This document shows, piece after piece, positions 26,085-39,535 of a stretch of DNA of 64,000 nucleotides. The stretch is from Camelus ferus (Eukaryota), in the NCBI RefSeq assembly GCF_009834535.1, contig NC_045697.1:107448001-107512000 (forward strand), in the 5' to 3' direction. Position numbers and translations under genes: made by a program. How positions within the stretch are numbered: position 1 is the first letter of the stretch; every line of letters starts with the position of its first letter. The notes beneath the pieces were generated by a model. That model searched no databases and was not told where the DNA came from. It saw only the letters and a list, made by a program, of their open reading frames with translations.

Positions 26085-26285
26085 AGAGGATAATGCTCAG
26101 AGCAAAGGCTTGGGGCCTGACGGGCCTGTGCTGCGGGCCAAACTCTGCCACCTCCCAGCTGACACTAGGCAAGAAGCTTCTCTGCTCGGAGCCTCAGCTT
26201 CATCTTAGGGGGGCTGTGGTTGCTCAAATGAGGTAATATGTGTAGGATGCTTAGCACAGTGCCTGGTACGACTTAAGTTCTCAAC
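26085..26285 (+). mobile_element. MIR SINE
   Basis: ctctgccacc...aggcaag...gagcctcagcttcatc...gcttagcacagtgcctggtac. Confidence 0.7.
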
Positions 26286-27476
26286 AACCGAGGGCTTAAG
26301 AAACAAGAAAAACCAAGCAAGCAAAAACCCCAACCCCCTCTTGCTCCTGCACCTGAGCAGCCAACCTGAAGAACAGTACTTATCAGTCCCAGGAAAAACA
26401 GGCAACCACATGAACGTTTCCTTTTAGAGAACTGTAGCCACTTTCTTTCCTGCTTGACTTTATCAGTGGGTGGAGATGAAAGAATTGAGAGGCACTCGGC
26501 CCAATTACCAGTGACATTTTGACAAACAATGACCTCATCAGGCTCATTCTTTTAAACATGTCACAAAAAACAATGGAAGTCACCCACATTCCTATTCAGT
26601 TTAAATCATGTTCTTCTGAAGTCATGTATACAGTGTGAGCATTTTAATCCACTTTTCTCTCTCTCCCATTATTAAAAAAAATAAAATGTTCCTAAACATT
26701 TGGCAAATCTGGAAATGTAGGAAGAGTGAGAAAAACGCCACCCACTTATAATCTTACCACCTAAGGGCAACTGAATGTTAACAACTTCAGCTGTTTCCTT
26801 CTAGTCTTTTTATGCTATATATTCAATTTCCCCATACTATGTTTTCCTCACATGAGATTCACTTTATAAATCTAGCTTTTCGCAGCCTCAGAACATTCTC
26901 CCAATAATGGTCATATTTAGGTTATTTCCAATTTTTTCCTATTATAATAACACCACTAAGACCATCTTTGTGACTGAAATCTTGTCTCATGTTTCATCCT
27001 TTTCTTAGGGTGAGAAATCAAAATAATTGTAACAATAATCTGCACTTTGTCTCTTTTTAAATATTCACATACTTATATTTACTTGTTTAGAGTAGAGCTG
27101 TGTTGAATCTCTGCTAACTGAATATGTTAGATGGCATTTCATTGTTGCTTTACAAGGCATTTCTTTGATTACTGTAAGGTTACAAACTTTTTCATATCAG
27201 CCACTTCTGTGAGTATCTATAAGATACTATTATCTCTTTTATGGATATTCCAATCATGCCTCTTTCCTTGGTTTTTTATTGGGGTTTGCATGTCTTTCTA
27301 AATCATTTGAATGAGTTCCATGTGCAATAAAGGTATTACTCATCTATTTATTTCTAACATTTGCTACATGAATTAAAAAATGATACATAACATTTTCTTA
27401 TGATAATTATGATTTTAATAGTCCTCCCAGAGATGAAACCTGGCTTTCAGTGTACTTATCTATTCAAGCAGCCTAC

Positions 27477-27529
27477 CTGAGAATTTGCACCAGAATCTTC
27501 TTTTTTGGTCTTCGGTGGTACCTTTGTGC
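27477..27529 (-). CDS. SH3D19: SH3D19 linker exon
   Basis: STKVPPKTKKEDSGANSQ; poly-T tract plus tag acceptor, gtaggc donor; 53 nt. Confidence 0.92.
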
Positions 27530-27968
27530 CTATGTTAAAAAAAAAAAAAAAAAAGGTGAAAACTTCAGATGTAAAGACCATATAGTATTAAAGGAAACTG
27601 TAGGGGGAGTGTGAAAAGTCTGGGACTCCAGATCAGTCTCTCCATGATCTGGTTATGTAACTTTGCCAAGCACTACCCTCCTGGGTTTGCTTCCTTTACT
27701 GTAAAGTGAAGGAGGATACGCATAAGTTATACTCTACAAGCCATTTCGATGATTCTTTGTCTGCCATTTCTGATGTGAAGCTACTGTAATTACCCAAAAT
27801 ACCAAAACCAGCTCTCTGAGAGACTGCCCCAGTAATGACAATTACCATCTCAAAGTCATTTTTCCTTCTATCTTAAAAAAAGATGGCAGTCTGGGTTATT
27901 ATGCAGTTTAAGTATTAGCCTCTTATTTAGTTTATTTGAATTAGGATAGCCGTGTTGCCTGTACTCAC

Positions 27969-28171
27969 TTAAAACATGTGCACCAGAGGCGGGGTGACCC
28001 TCAATGAGCTCCACAAAGTTAAGGGGGAAGATCCCACTTCTGTCTCGAAGTTCTCCTCTCGCCCACTCTTCATTCACATATTCCTTAAGAATAATAACGT
28101 CTCCCTCTGAGAAACTTAACTCATCCTTCTGGTCGCCAATATATTCAAATCGAGCAACACATCTTGGGCCC
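27969..28171 (-). CDS. SH3D19: SH3D19 exon (SH3 domain 3)
   Basis: GPRCVARFEYIGDQKDELSFSEGDVIILKEYVNEEWARGELRDRSGIFPLNFVELIEGHPASGAHVL; 203 nt. Confidence 0.95.
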
Positions 28172-29824
28172 CTGAAGAAAGAAGATCCCATTTGTGGGTT
28201 AAACTAGAGAGTACTGACTTTCAAAATGCCTTACAACCCTTATTCAGCCTTTCAATGAATATTGTGTGTTTACTGTGCAACAAGGTATACCAGGCATAAT
28301 TTAAAATCTTCCATGAAAAAGAGTAAGTTACATTTATAAATTAGAGTCCTTACTTTTTAGGACTTTTTATGAACCTATTCACTCAGAAAGGCTAAAGCCA
28401 AGGTCACAAGGTCACAAGTACAGAACCCCAGATAAGCAGCGGGGTGGTTGGTCTACGCTGCCACGCCTCTGGTCACCTTTTCTTCATTCCAGAATTTCCC
28501 CAGTCTCCATGTCTCGGTATCCTTGGGCCACAGTAATCCAGGGCCGAGTCTGAACCCTCTCAGTCACAGAAGCTCTGAGCTTACGAGTGCTAACCCTGAG
28601 AGACTCAGGGCAAGACATCAAGCTTCCCGGGCAGGATGCAACGGGCACCAGCTGGGCAGGGTCCGTGCTCACCAGATGCTGAGTCAGTGAGCTGTGTATA
28701 CAGATTAGAGAACCTCCTTCACAACTAGGAGGTTCGAAGAAAGCAGAAGCTCGGCATATTATTGTACAACATTTGCTCTCATACCTAACACTGTCGTTTT
28801 AAAAATGATTTTTTTCTATCTCCTTTAAAAAGGCTTCATTTGTGAAAATTGGAACAATCCTTAAATGATCTGCAGTTTTGACTGAAAAGAATGTAAAAAA
28901 ACAGATGAAATTGTGTCCCTAGAAGACATGACTGAATATGAAACCTTTGATTTGAGGCTTCAGAAGGGAAGTTTCAACAGCAACAGGCTAAGGAGATGCA
29001 ACTGCCTGAAGGGAAAAGCTTGGTACTGGCTCCAGTCAAAGTCTGATTTAAGTCAAATCAATGGACCATCGGCCATGAAAGCCCACTTTAAATTCAACCC
29101 GCTGACACAGTAAACACTGCTTAAAAATAGGAGAAAAATAGAACCTGAAATAGAATTCAACTATTGTGGCATCAGAAGTTTTCTTATTTGTGATAACCTT
29201 TGCATTTATTTTCTGAAGTCCCCAGGGAGCAGATCTTCTTCTGTCTGACCTATTCAAAGACAGGTTTACAGTCTTCAGCAGGTACTGAATTCTATTAATT
29301 TGCTCATTTAACTGGAATATAAAGTTGCACTGTGGCAATGTTTTAAATCACAAAGGAGTTACAATGGTGCATAAAAGGGTACATAAATTCACAGAAAGGT
29401 CTTTAAACATAAAGGAAGGCTCCTCCAACTTAACTCTTCCTTTACTGTCTTCTGGTTCCTCTCAAAAACAAAACAATGCAAAGTGCCGAGCAGTTTTTGT
29501 AGGGTACATATTTCTATTAGGTTTAAATATATCCTATGACAAAAATATCTGAACCTTTTAGAAATCTGTTGGTAGACAATCCCCAGAGGGCCAATAGGAC
29601 GACGAAACCCCTCTGCTCAAGCCGAGGCCAGCTGTGGGAAGCATCAGGGGAGACTGGGGCTGTCCATGTGCCCGATGCTGATGTGGAGACTGCTCATGTC
29701 AGCTTCTGTCAGCACACTGCAGTCTCATCAGAATTTTTAAACAAGCAGTTTTCCTCATAATTAAAAAGACACACTGAGAATCTGAATGATCATATATCTG
29801 AAGTGTTTAAGCTTGTTAATTCTT

Positions 29825-29981
29825 CTTTTTTAAGATTATTTTGGAGGGGAAGTAATTAGGTTTATCTATCTACCTATCTATCTATCTATCTATCTATCTA
29901 TTTAATGGAGATCCAGGGGATAGAACCCAGGACCTTGTGCATGCTAAGCACACACTCTACCTCTGAGCTGTACCCTCCCCC
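29825..29981 (-). mobile_element. Camelid-type tRNA-derived SINE (vic-1-like) with 17-bp TSD
   Basis: Minus strand reads GGGGGAGGGTACAGCTCAGAGGTAGAGTGTGTGCTTAGCATGCACAAGGTCCTGGGTTCTATCCCC (pol III A/B boxes), with an internal (TAGA)n and an A tail. TSD taagcttgttaattctt at 29808-29824 and 29982-29998. Confidence 0.88.
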
Positions 29982-30057
29982 TAAGCTTGTTAATTCTTTA
30001 TGGTATAAATGCTCACAACCTTTGTGTTTTGTACAAAAGAACACAAGTAAAACTTAC

Positions 30058-30113
30058 TTAACACAATGAGATGAAATTGATTCCCTTTTCCCATTTCCTC
30101 CTGGAACATCAAC
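30058..30113 (-). CDS. SH3D19: SH3D19 linker exon
   Basis: ctag|VDVPGGNGKRESISSHCV(K)|gtaagt; 56 nt; phases fit both neighbours. Confidence 0.9.
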
Positions 30114-31030
30114 CTAGTGAAGACAAAATCAAGGGAACAATTGTATTATTTTAGTTTTTAGTAAGATAAATTTAAAGCTAAGTAATAGGAAACGCATGAC
30201 TGAAGTTAGCCATTTTAGCAAGGTATTAAAGAGATAAATGTACCTACCATAGGTGCTAAAAAGGTAAAAAAGCCAGATTTTGGGTTTTGAAAAAAAAATG
30301 CATAACTTGTGAGGTAGCCTTCTTTGAATAGTCAATCAATCCCTTTCTTATGTGCTGGAATAAGCACATTAAAATCTTTCTACCCCTGACTGAGTGTTCT
30401 CTGTCCCCTCCCCCTATATCGAGAACTTCCAGTGAGGAGGACTTAGGTTAGAAAGTAGACATCAGGCATTTGAGCACCACCTAGACACCTATTCATCGTG
30501 CTAATAGAGTTCTGCAATATTTTCATGACCCCAGAATAAAATATTTAGTCCAACTTGTGAATTCTCTTCATTTTCATAATTCTGGTACATGGTTTTTTCC
30601 CTTCGGTGTGAGTTGGGAAGGAAGAAAGGAATTAGTACTCAGTGAGCATCTAGTAAGTGACAAGCATTTTTTATACAACACTTCATTTCCAGGGCTCAGT
30701 AGAGCTGGGCTGTGATGAAATATTTGACTGTAACGCACTAAGTCCAAAAACTACTTAAGGCTTGGAGGTTTACATTAAATAAATCAGTGCCCTTCTTGAT
30801 GGATTCCAAAAGTTCGAAGTTTTAAAACAATTTTTTAAACTTGTAAGCTTAGAAATAACACTTATACCAATAATGTGGCAAATTCAGTGTGATTGATTTC
30901 AGTGTGGTAATTGTGCTTTTTTAAAGTACTGCTACATTGGGCAGAAGAAAAAATGAGGAAGAGAGCAAAAACTAACATTATTCTTAATATTAATTTAGAG
31001 AATGTGGCTGGATTTCTCCAAAGAATCAGG

Positions 31031-31033
<3 letters not shown>

Positions 31034-31074
<41 letters not shown>
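31034..31074. repeat. (TA)~20 microsatellite
   Basis: Perfect TA run. Confidence 0.97.
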
Positions 31075-31077
<3 letters not shown>

Positions 31078-32024
31078 CCAGACAATTTTTAAGACCCACA
31101 TTTTGTTCTAGAGACTCAAACTCATCTATATTTGAAAAAAATACAGGTTTTCTGTTATATTTGTTTTCTAAGTTTCTGATGTCATGGAAAATCATTTGCC
31201 TTTTTCCCCCAAATAAGTCGTTAGTTCTCAATGACGTAAGCTAGCTTTATTGATACTTTCCAGTATCAGTAAGTCACATCAGGGCCTGAGACACACTCTT
31301 CCTATTGATATAAATGTTTGAATGGCAGCCTGACTTCAGCCCCATGTTTCACACACCCAGGCTCAGTACTCAGGGCTCTGCCTGCCATCAGCAGGGCCTG
31401 CTTTCACAAGTAGGCCATGAACGACATGAGGGTGTACAAAATTCTGACACTTTAATATAATTTTTCCCAATGAGATTTGAAATTATTATGTGAAAAACCA
31501 TTAGTGGACTAGTACCTCCAATGAAAGTACTTTAGTATTCCCAAATCTACTTTTTTTTTTTAAAGGTAGAGAAAAATGGGGGTGAAAAGGATGAAAGAAA
31601 CCAAAAATGAAACGTACTCCAAAGAAAAGGAGAAGTGGTACCATAACCTCAGAGAACATTCCTTCAGGACAATCCAGAATCATTTAATTCTTGCCCACTG
31701 AATGTTTCAGTGAATTAACATATATCCTCAAGTGCTTATCAAACCCTCCAGGAATAGTTCATTCACCAGTTGACCTGTAGTAGTTTTTCACCTTGGGATT
31801 TCAGATAACACCTAAGCATCAAGTACCAATACCCCATAATATAATCACAATTAACCATTATCTAGTTGAACAAATCTTTATTTTTGAATTTTCCAACTAC
31901 CAAATGAATTAATGGAAGAGCCAGAACCCAAGAAGCTAGGCTTCTGGTTACTTTTTTTCCAAACTGTTAATTACATGGAACCCACTGAATATATGACCAA
32001 TTTAAACAAGCACAACCTACTTAC

Positions 32025-32155
32025 AATTACTTTGACGTAGTTGGCAGGAAATACACCTGTCTGGTTTCTACATTTCCCTCTGTACCAATCTGTATCTATT
32101 TTTTCCAGAAGATAAACAATTTCTCCAGATGTGAGGTTCAAATCATCAACTTGCT
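32025..32155 (-). CDS. SH3D19: SH3D19 exon (SH3 domain 2)
   Basis: EQVDDLNLTSGEIVYLLEKIDTDWYRGKCRNQTGVFPANYVKVI; 131 nt. Confidence 0.95.
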
Positions 32156-33178
32156 CTGTAACATAGAATTATAATTATGTGTGATGAATTACCCTGGTTG
32201 CAGATCTGATTAAAGCAGAGCACAAAATAGCATTTAGTTCTGTCCACCGAGGCAGTATGTTCTGTTGATTCTGAGAACAGATTATACTAATCAAATTGAC
32301 TTTAAAAATATATCCTTTTTCTGGGGGTGGATATTGTTGCTATGAGCTTTCCCTTTTAAGATCAAATTAGATATATTTACCATGCATTGACTGATAGGAA
32401 ATGGTTAAAAAAACGTACACACGAAACACTGTGCTTGCCAGCAATTCCTACTGTGCCAATATAAACCTTCTGCTTAAAACGTATTTTAACAATGAGGGAG
32501 CATTATAGACATGGTATAATATTCATACTATTCTCAACCATGCTTAAAAATCATTTCAATCTCAAAATATTAACTAAGGGAGTCATACAGCTCTTTAGAA
32601 AATAAATTTACTCACACTGAGATAAAAATCAGTCCACCAAGTAGATTAAAAAAAAGATTATAAATAAATTAGGAATTTATTTTATTTGTTGCCTTGGATA
32701 TAAAAGGTATTTAAAAACTGATTATAAAAATGTACATTTTCATTTCTTAAGTAATAGTTGATCTTTATGTGTAGGTTTTACAACTCTTAGGAGAAAAGAA
32801 CTTCACTTATTCAATTAGAATTAATTTCATTACAACTGTTATTTGGTACCCCTTGTTTTGAAAGAGTTAAAGAATTTGCAAATAGTAGGCAATTTGCTAT
32901 TTGTTCATTTGTAAGGGAGACACCCTCTTCTCCTCTCTCTCTCTCACAGGCAGTTTCAAAGGCAAGGGTATGCAGCTAAGCTTCCTGAAATGGCTGGGTA
33001 GAGGTGACCCTTCCCGGATGGCTGCATACAAGGCGCCCCTTGGGTGAGGATAAGATGACCTCTCCAGTCCAGGGCTACGCTGGCACCGAAAATGAACGAT
33101 GTCTTTGAGAGGTTAACCCAGGGAGGACGCCTGATTGTGAACCATGCGGTTCTACCACTTTATTATTTATGTCCTTAC

Positions 33179-33251
33179 CTGCTGGAAAATCATGAAGAAC
33201 GACAGCATGAGGGGCACCACTGTCAACAGGCTTCTGAGCGGGGCTTGGATC
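33179..33251 (-). CDS. SH3D19: SH3D19 exon (start of SH3 domain 2)
   Basis: DPSPAQKPVDSGAPHAVVLHDFPA; 73 nt. Confidence 0.93.
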
Positions 33252-36200
33252 CTTAGGGGGAAAACAGCGCAGTGAATGGAGTGTGCGGATGGACGCCGGG
33301 TTTATTATCACTCCGAGACCATTTTTCCCCCTCATTAGACTCCTCCTGACACAATTACATTGTGAGCACAAGATGCAAACCACACAACTGAGCCAAACAA
33401 GGGAATCATTACCAAGTTGAAAAGGCATGTGTCCTTGCCAGAGGAGGACAGAAATAACACTCTGTTATAATATCCCCAGCATTTTTTTTTTAACTAAAGA
33501 GAAAACAAAAGGAAATCACCTTTAAAAAACAAAAACAAAAACAGTATCTATTCTACGCCGAAGTAGTGGTTTCTGACCTCTTCACGTTTCAATGGTCGCT
33601 CTTTCCATAAACTGTGATCAGGACTAAACCTTAAAACAGAGTCTTAAAAGTTGTGTCATCATTAAGATGGGAAAAGAAGAAAGTTCTGCAACTGATGCTC
33701 CTGACTTTTGTAATGAAAAGAGCTAATGACTTCCACAAAAGGATAACTCACAAAAACTAAAATCCATTTCATTTATTACCACTTAACTGAATGCTGTCTC
33801 TAATTTGAAAGCCAATGCTACCTCTCATGCCTGGCCTGGATTTTCTATTTAATCTGCATGGTTTATTCAACAGTAATTCCAAGTAAATTAGCAAAGAGAA
33901 TTCAATATTCTCTACCCATCTAACCAACTGCTTAGATTGGCCAGAGGGGAAGGTAAAGGTGAAGAGTGACCGTTTCCTACTGACAAGCAGTTGGTATTAG
34001 TTTCTTTATATGAAGAGACAGGCTTATTCACATCATCATCATCAAATCTGACTGAAGGATATTATTTGGAATTAGAACTGAAAACTCTCCAACACTGCAA
34101 ACCTGCGGAATAAATGCAGGCAGATTTTTATGCCCCCTATGGTCCCTTCCCTCCTTCAGTGACTCCTTAGGGATCATCCCTGTCCTGGCCGTGATGTGCT
34201 CAGCCAGTCAGGCAGCACTGGATCGCGGTCCACTCTCTCTCCTTCCACCCTGCAGCACCCTTGCTGGACTCTTTTCTGAATCACCAGAATGCACCTGTGG
34301 ACGTGTGCTGCACTCTCTCAAGTCGGTGACGGTGATACAGTAATGGTTAACAGCAGCTTGCCACATCAGCTTACCAGAGCAACGCTGAACATTTTCTTAG
34401 AGGCTGCTCAGTGCTCTTCCCTAAATAAATAAGCATGATGGGAATATCAGGGACCGTGGAAGGAACTGTGAGGGATTTTAAGCCTGGAGAAGTTTTAAAA
34501 ATGATTATTTACACAATTTATTATGTGTGTCTTTGTGGTTTTCATTTTTTCCTGGTTTACATCTGTGGAAAAAGGAATGACTGGTCAATAAATGGAGCTA
34601 GCCTAGAGTGCTTTCCGTCTGGAAAAAAACGAAGTCAGAGGCCTACCTCACACCAAACTCAAACGTGAACCTCCAGATGGACCAAGATCCTGACAAGGTA
34701 GAAGAGGTGGGACAGTAACCTGTGCCTCCCAGTTAGTGTCCCCTCTCTGCCTTCAGGGCATGGATGTCCCTGGAAAGGCTGCTCTTCACCTTGGCCCGGC
34801 AGATGAAGGAAGGACGGGAGGCACAGGTAAACAGGGTTGGCAGGTACCACGCAGACCATGCTGTTAGGGTGGGTATCTGGTAGGAAAATCTAACATATTT
34901 TAAAGCTCCTTCTACTGTGATTATAATGGCTAATACAAATTTGTAATAGGAATAGCTAATATCCACTGTTCACCCACTGTGCCCTACTCATGTGTTCAAC
35001 ACCGTATATGCATTAATTAGCTCATTTAATTTTTTAAGCATCTTTGAGATGTGAGCCACATGCCATAAATTTGCCCATTTATAGCATACACACTTTTAGT
35101 GTGTTCACAGAGTTGTGTGACCATCACCAGAACCTAACTTCAGAACATTTTTCTCACTCCCTGGAGAAGCCTCCCAGGCATTCGCAGTCACTCCTCACTC
35201 CCCATCCTCCCCCCCAGCTCGAGGCAACCACTAATCTCCTGTCTGGATTTACATTTTCTGGACTTCTATATATATGGAATCATAACAATAAATCAATTCT
35301 ATAAACGACTCTGTGAGGAATTATCATACCCATTTCACACATTTACAAAATGAAGATTACAGAGGTTAAATAATGGCCTCAGGAGGTGGGAGGGGACCGG
35401 AAACCCGAGTGTGTGCTGGAACCCATGCAGGGGTGGACAGTGTCCCACCTCCTCCAGGGCTCACAGCTCTGTCTCAACTGACAATGTCCAGTACCTTCTG
35501 TTTACTCAGGAAGGGGAAAGAATAACACGTCTTTAGAAACATTTACCTTAAAACTAGGCTTTCAAATAGCTAAGTTTTATTTTTCCAAACAATGTAATGT
35601 GAGCTGTGACCCGGAGCCCAGGAGAGGCTGCAGGGCAGGGTCACCAGTAGCTGGCCATCTGAGACCACTCTCTGCAAGGTACGGCACAGGAACGAGGAAG
35701 GTAATGTTTCAAGCTGACAAAGCTGTGGGGTTCTATGAAAGAAAAACTTGCAATTTTTTCACCTTCTATTTTTCATCAAGGAAGGAAGTGTGTTCCGGGA
35801 GAGGAAGGACAGAGGTGACAGATGGATAATGCTGTATCCAAACAAAGAGAAAATGAGCAATAGGAGAGCTTCCCTGTGGGCCTGGAGTCAGAATTTTCAG
35901 GGTCCCAGCCGTGACTACCTTCACACACACAACTTCTCTGCCCTCCAAAATACAAATTTTTAGTTTCTCAGCAAACCTCAAATGATAAATGGCCTGCTAA
36001 GAAGAAAGAATTGGACTAGATTATGAAAACTAGGATGAATGACAAACCAAATAGTTTACTCGGTTTAAATGACTGATGAGTCTCATTTTTCACGTTTTCT
36101 ACATTATATAACATATAGTGAAAATTTAACCAGATACTTTAAGAAGCTCTTTTAAAAATATACCTCTATAAATTGTCCAATGGCACCTTTCTTGATGGAC

Positions 36201-36762
36201 AAATGACCTTCAATAATCATTGTATTTTCCCTGGCTCCGCAAATTTGCTAGGCCTAAATTGTGACTTCATGTTGTTGGAACATTTCATTTCATTATTTTA
36301 TGAGCTATGATCAGATAAACGAGGTTTATACTAAGCTTAAATCTTAAAGGTTTTTTTTTTTTTTTTTAAAGTCAGACAGCATTTATAGGGCCCCCTTTAA
36401 AATAATTATCCATTCTGCTAGAAAACTAATCTTCGGTGCTTTGGTAAACATGTTTACATTATTTCAAAAATAAATAGCTCTTGCAGTTGAAAATTAATGA
36501 CCGAGTGTTCTGGTTGCTACAAGTCAGCACGACAGGATGAAGGCAGAGCACACGGCAGTCACTCTGCATCACGGTGATTAGTATGGCTGTGGCAAATCTC
36601 TTAGAAGTAATTCATTCTTAAAATGGAATAAAACGCTACCGTAATTCTTACTCTGGTTAAAATAAACGTGCTAATAAAACCCCGAGGATGAGATATAATT
36701 AATAGTTCTGTGAAATGTGCTGCCATGTGTGATAGGAGGGCAGTACAATATTAATTCCTCAC

Positions 36763-36903
36763 GTTTGGTCTGCTTCTAAGATGTTCGTCAAGTGGGGTGA
36801 TAATCTTCATCTGAGACAGGTGAACTCTGCCAGTGTCTTCTCCCTTTTGGCATTCCAAGTAATTATTTTCCGCCTGCTTCAGTATCACAAGTACGTCCCC
36901 ACG
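36763..36903 (-). CDS. SH3D19: SH3D19 exon (SH3 domain 1, C-terminal part)
   Basis: RGDVLVILKQAENNYLECQKGEDTGRVHLSQMKIITPLDEHLRSRPN; 141 nt. Confidence 0.95.
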
Positions 36904-37068
36904 CTGCAAGGTACAATATCACTCTCTGAAGCAATTATTATTTAATAAAACATTATTACTTTTTCCCCATTTTAATCTTTGGAGCCTAAAGCATTTAATA
37001 CTGTATAAAACAGTAACAGAGGCCAGCGATTTTTTACATTAGTCAATAAAGAAAGAGCTGTACCTTAC

Positions 37069-37137
37069 CTTACAAGAAAGTTCTCCGGGGTTTTGCGGGA
37101 CAATGTCTTCCTTGGCAATTCCATGAGGCACCGACAG
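37069..37137 (-). CDS. SH3D19: SH3D19 69-nt symmetric exon (SH3 domain 1, N-terminal part)
   Basis: ttaag|LSVPHGIAKEDIVPQNPGELSCK|gtaagg; phase 0/0. Confidence 0.92.
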
Positions 37138-38101
37138 CTTAAACATAAACCAATGAAAGGGTTATTCACAATCAAATCACCTCCTCCTAAGTGGCTGATC
37201 ATCTGGGGATCTGTAACTTCTCCAGCACTGATGCTCTTCATTTGGCTTCCCCGAGCTCTGGACCCAGCGGGGCCTGCCGTTTCTCACGCAGAGTCCTGGG
37301 GTGTGGACTTGGCCCACAGGACCACAGCGGCTGAACGCGGCCTCAAGTGCCCTTTAATAACCACAACCAGGAAGTTCTATTCCATAGGACAAGGTCCACC
37401 GAGGCAAATACTCAGCGCCCGACCTTACAGCCTTTAATTCAGGATTGGTTGATGGGGGACTGATGGCTTCTCTGAAGTGCTCGACTAGCTGCTTCCATTT
37501 GCCTTGACTCTCACCTGGATTCTCTGACACAAGCGGCTACTTAAACCCATTCCACTGCCTGATCGCAGTCACTTTCCGGTACACTCAGCCCTGGCTGATC
37601 TTAGAATGGCTTTTATATCTGTACTGCACTCCGTTCCCTGCCTCGGTAACTGCTGGCTGATGAGTGCAGGTCAGAGGGCCTGAACAATATGAAAGACACA
37701 CCCAGGAGATGCGGTCACACAAGCTCACTGCAACGAGGAAAGGGAGGCTGCCTGGGCCCTTCGGTCACTCAGGAGCAAAGATGCAGAGTGTGAGGGTGCC
37801 GCTGCCTCTCTGCATCTCTGTCAGAGTACCAGGGTGTCTAATGAATCCAGATTCCTGTTAGCAATGGAATGGTACGGCTGCCACAGGAAAAATGAGAGAT
37901 TTAAGGAATTGTTTTGTAAAGAGACACATTAATATTTTGAATTTATTAATTTCTTTGAGTTATTCAAATGCTTTATTGACATTATACAGCTATTCTAAGA
38001 CTTATAAGCAAAACCCAGTTACCCTGAGTGGGGCTTTTAATACGGAGTAGCCAAAGCAATTGGCTATTACAGACTTTGTAATTAGTGACACTATTTTCAA
38101 A

Positions 38102-38353
38102 GTATGGCTTAATGGTTAAGAGCATTGGTTCAGAGACAGTTAATCTATGTTCAAATCTTGGCTCCGTCGCTACTGGCTTTGTGACCCTGGACAGGTTACT
38201 CAACCTCTCTGAGTCCTATTTTCTTCATTTGTATAGTAGAGATAATAATAATATCTACCTCACAGGGATGGTGTGAGGAATAAAGAGTTATTTAATATGT
38301 ATAAAGTGCTTCAAACAATGCCTGGCTAGTAAGTACTCAACATATCAGCTACC
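38102..38353 (+). mobile_element. Near full-length MIR SINE
   Basis: atggttaagagcatt...tgtgaccctggacaggttactcaacctctctgag...acctcacagggatggtgtgagga...caatgcctggc. Confidence 0.85.
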
Positions 38354-38844
38354 ACTTTTATTTATTTGTAATTTTTAAGTAACTGATCCCTAAGAACACC
38401 CCTGGGTTTTAGCAATTAAAATTTCATCAGTTTAAATGAAAATGAATATATCTGAATATATTACCTCATTCTTATCTGCCTATACCCTTCGCTTAGGAAG
38501 AGTAAGAAAAAATTCTAAAGAGCTTAAAATGAAAACAATTTCCAGCTCAATGATGGAAATGTAGAACAATATGAAATCACTCATTGCTGTTCTTGTTAAG
38601 AGCTATACTGTTGTACAAGTGTTTGAAAAGTGCATACACTCCTGCTTTCATTGTTTTTGTTCTAGAATTCATCAGGTTAACCGGACCAGAGCAGAGAGAG
38701 CGCATCAACTGTTTTCAAGTGCGGGAAACAAAGACAAAGGCTTAAGGACATACGATGAGAAAAACATTCAAAGAGAACAAAATTAATATCTCAACTATCT
38801 CAGTTACTGAAGAAAACTTCTAACTTGTAACTTTTTTTCCCCAC

Positions 38845-39535
38845 CTTTTTAAAAACTTGAAGTATAGCTGATTTAAAATGTCATGTTAGTTTCAGGTGTA
38901 CAGCAAAATGATTCAACTATACATATACATATTCATTTTCAGATTCTTTTCCATTATAGGTTATTACAAGATATTGAGTATAGTTCCCTGAGCTATACAG
39001 TAGGTCCTTGTTGTTTACTTTATATATAGTAGTGTGCATATGTTATTCCTAAACTCTTAATTCATCCCTCCATCCCCCTGTCCCCTTTGGTAATAAGTTT
39101 GTTTTCTATATCTGTGAGTCTATTTCTGTCTTGTAAATAAGCTCATTTGTATCATTTTTTTAGATTCCACATATAAGTGATATCATATGATATTTGTCTT
39201 TCTCTGTCTGACTTACTTCAGTTAATATGATAATCTCTAGGTCCATCCATGTTGCTGCAGATGGCATTATTTCATTCTTTTTTTACAACTGAGTAATATT
39301 CTATTATATACATAAACTACATCTCCCTTATCCATTCATCTGTTGATGGACATTTAGGTTGCTTCCATGTCTTGGTTACTGAAAATAGTGCTCTTACGAA
39401 CACTGGTGTGCATGTATCTTTTTGAATTAGAGTTTTCTCTGGATATATGCCCAAGAGTGGGATTGCTGGATCATATGGTAAGTCTATTTTTAGTTTTTTA
39501 AGGGACCTCCACACTGTTCTCCATAGTGGCTGCAC
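38845..39535 (-). mobile_element. 5'-truncated LINE-1 3' end
   Basis: Minus [34 protein letters not shown]...WKQPKCPSTDEW matches the L1 ORF2 C-terminus, followed by 3' UTR. Confidence 0.92.
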
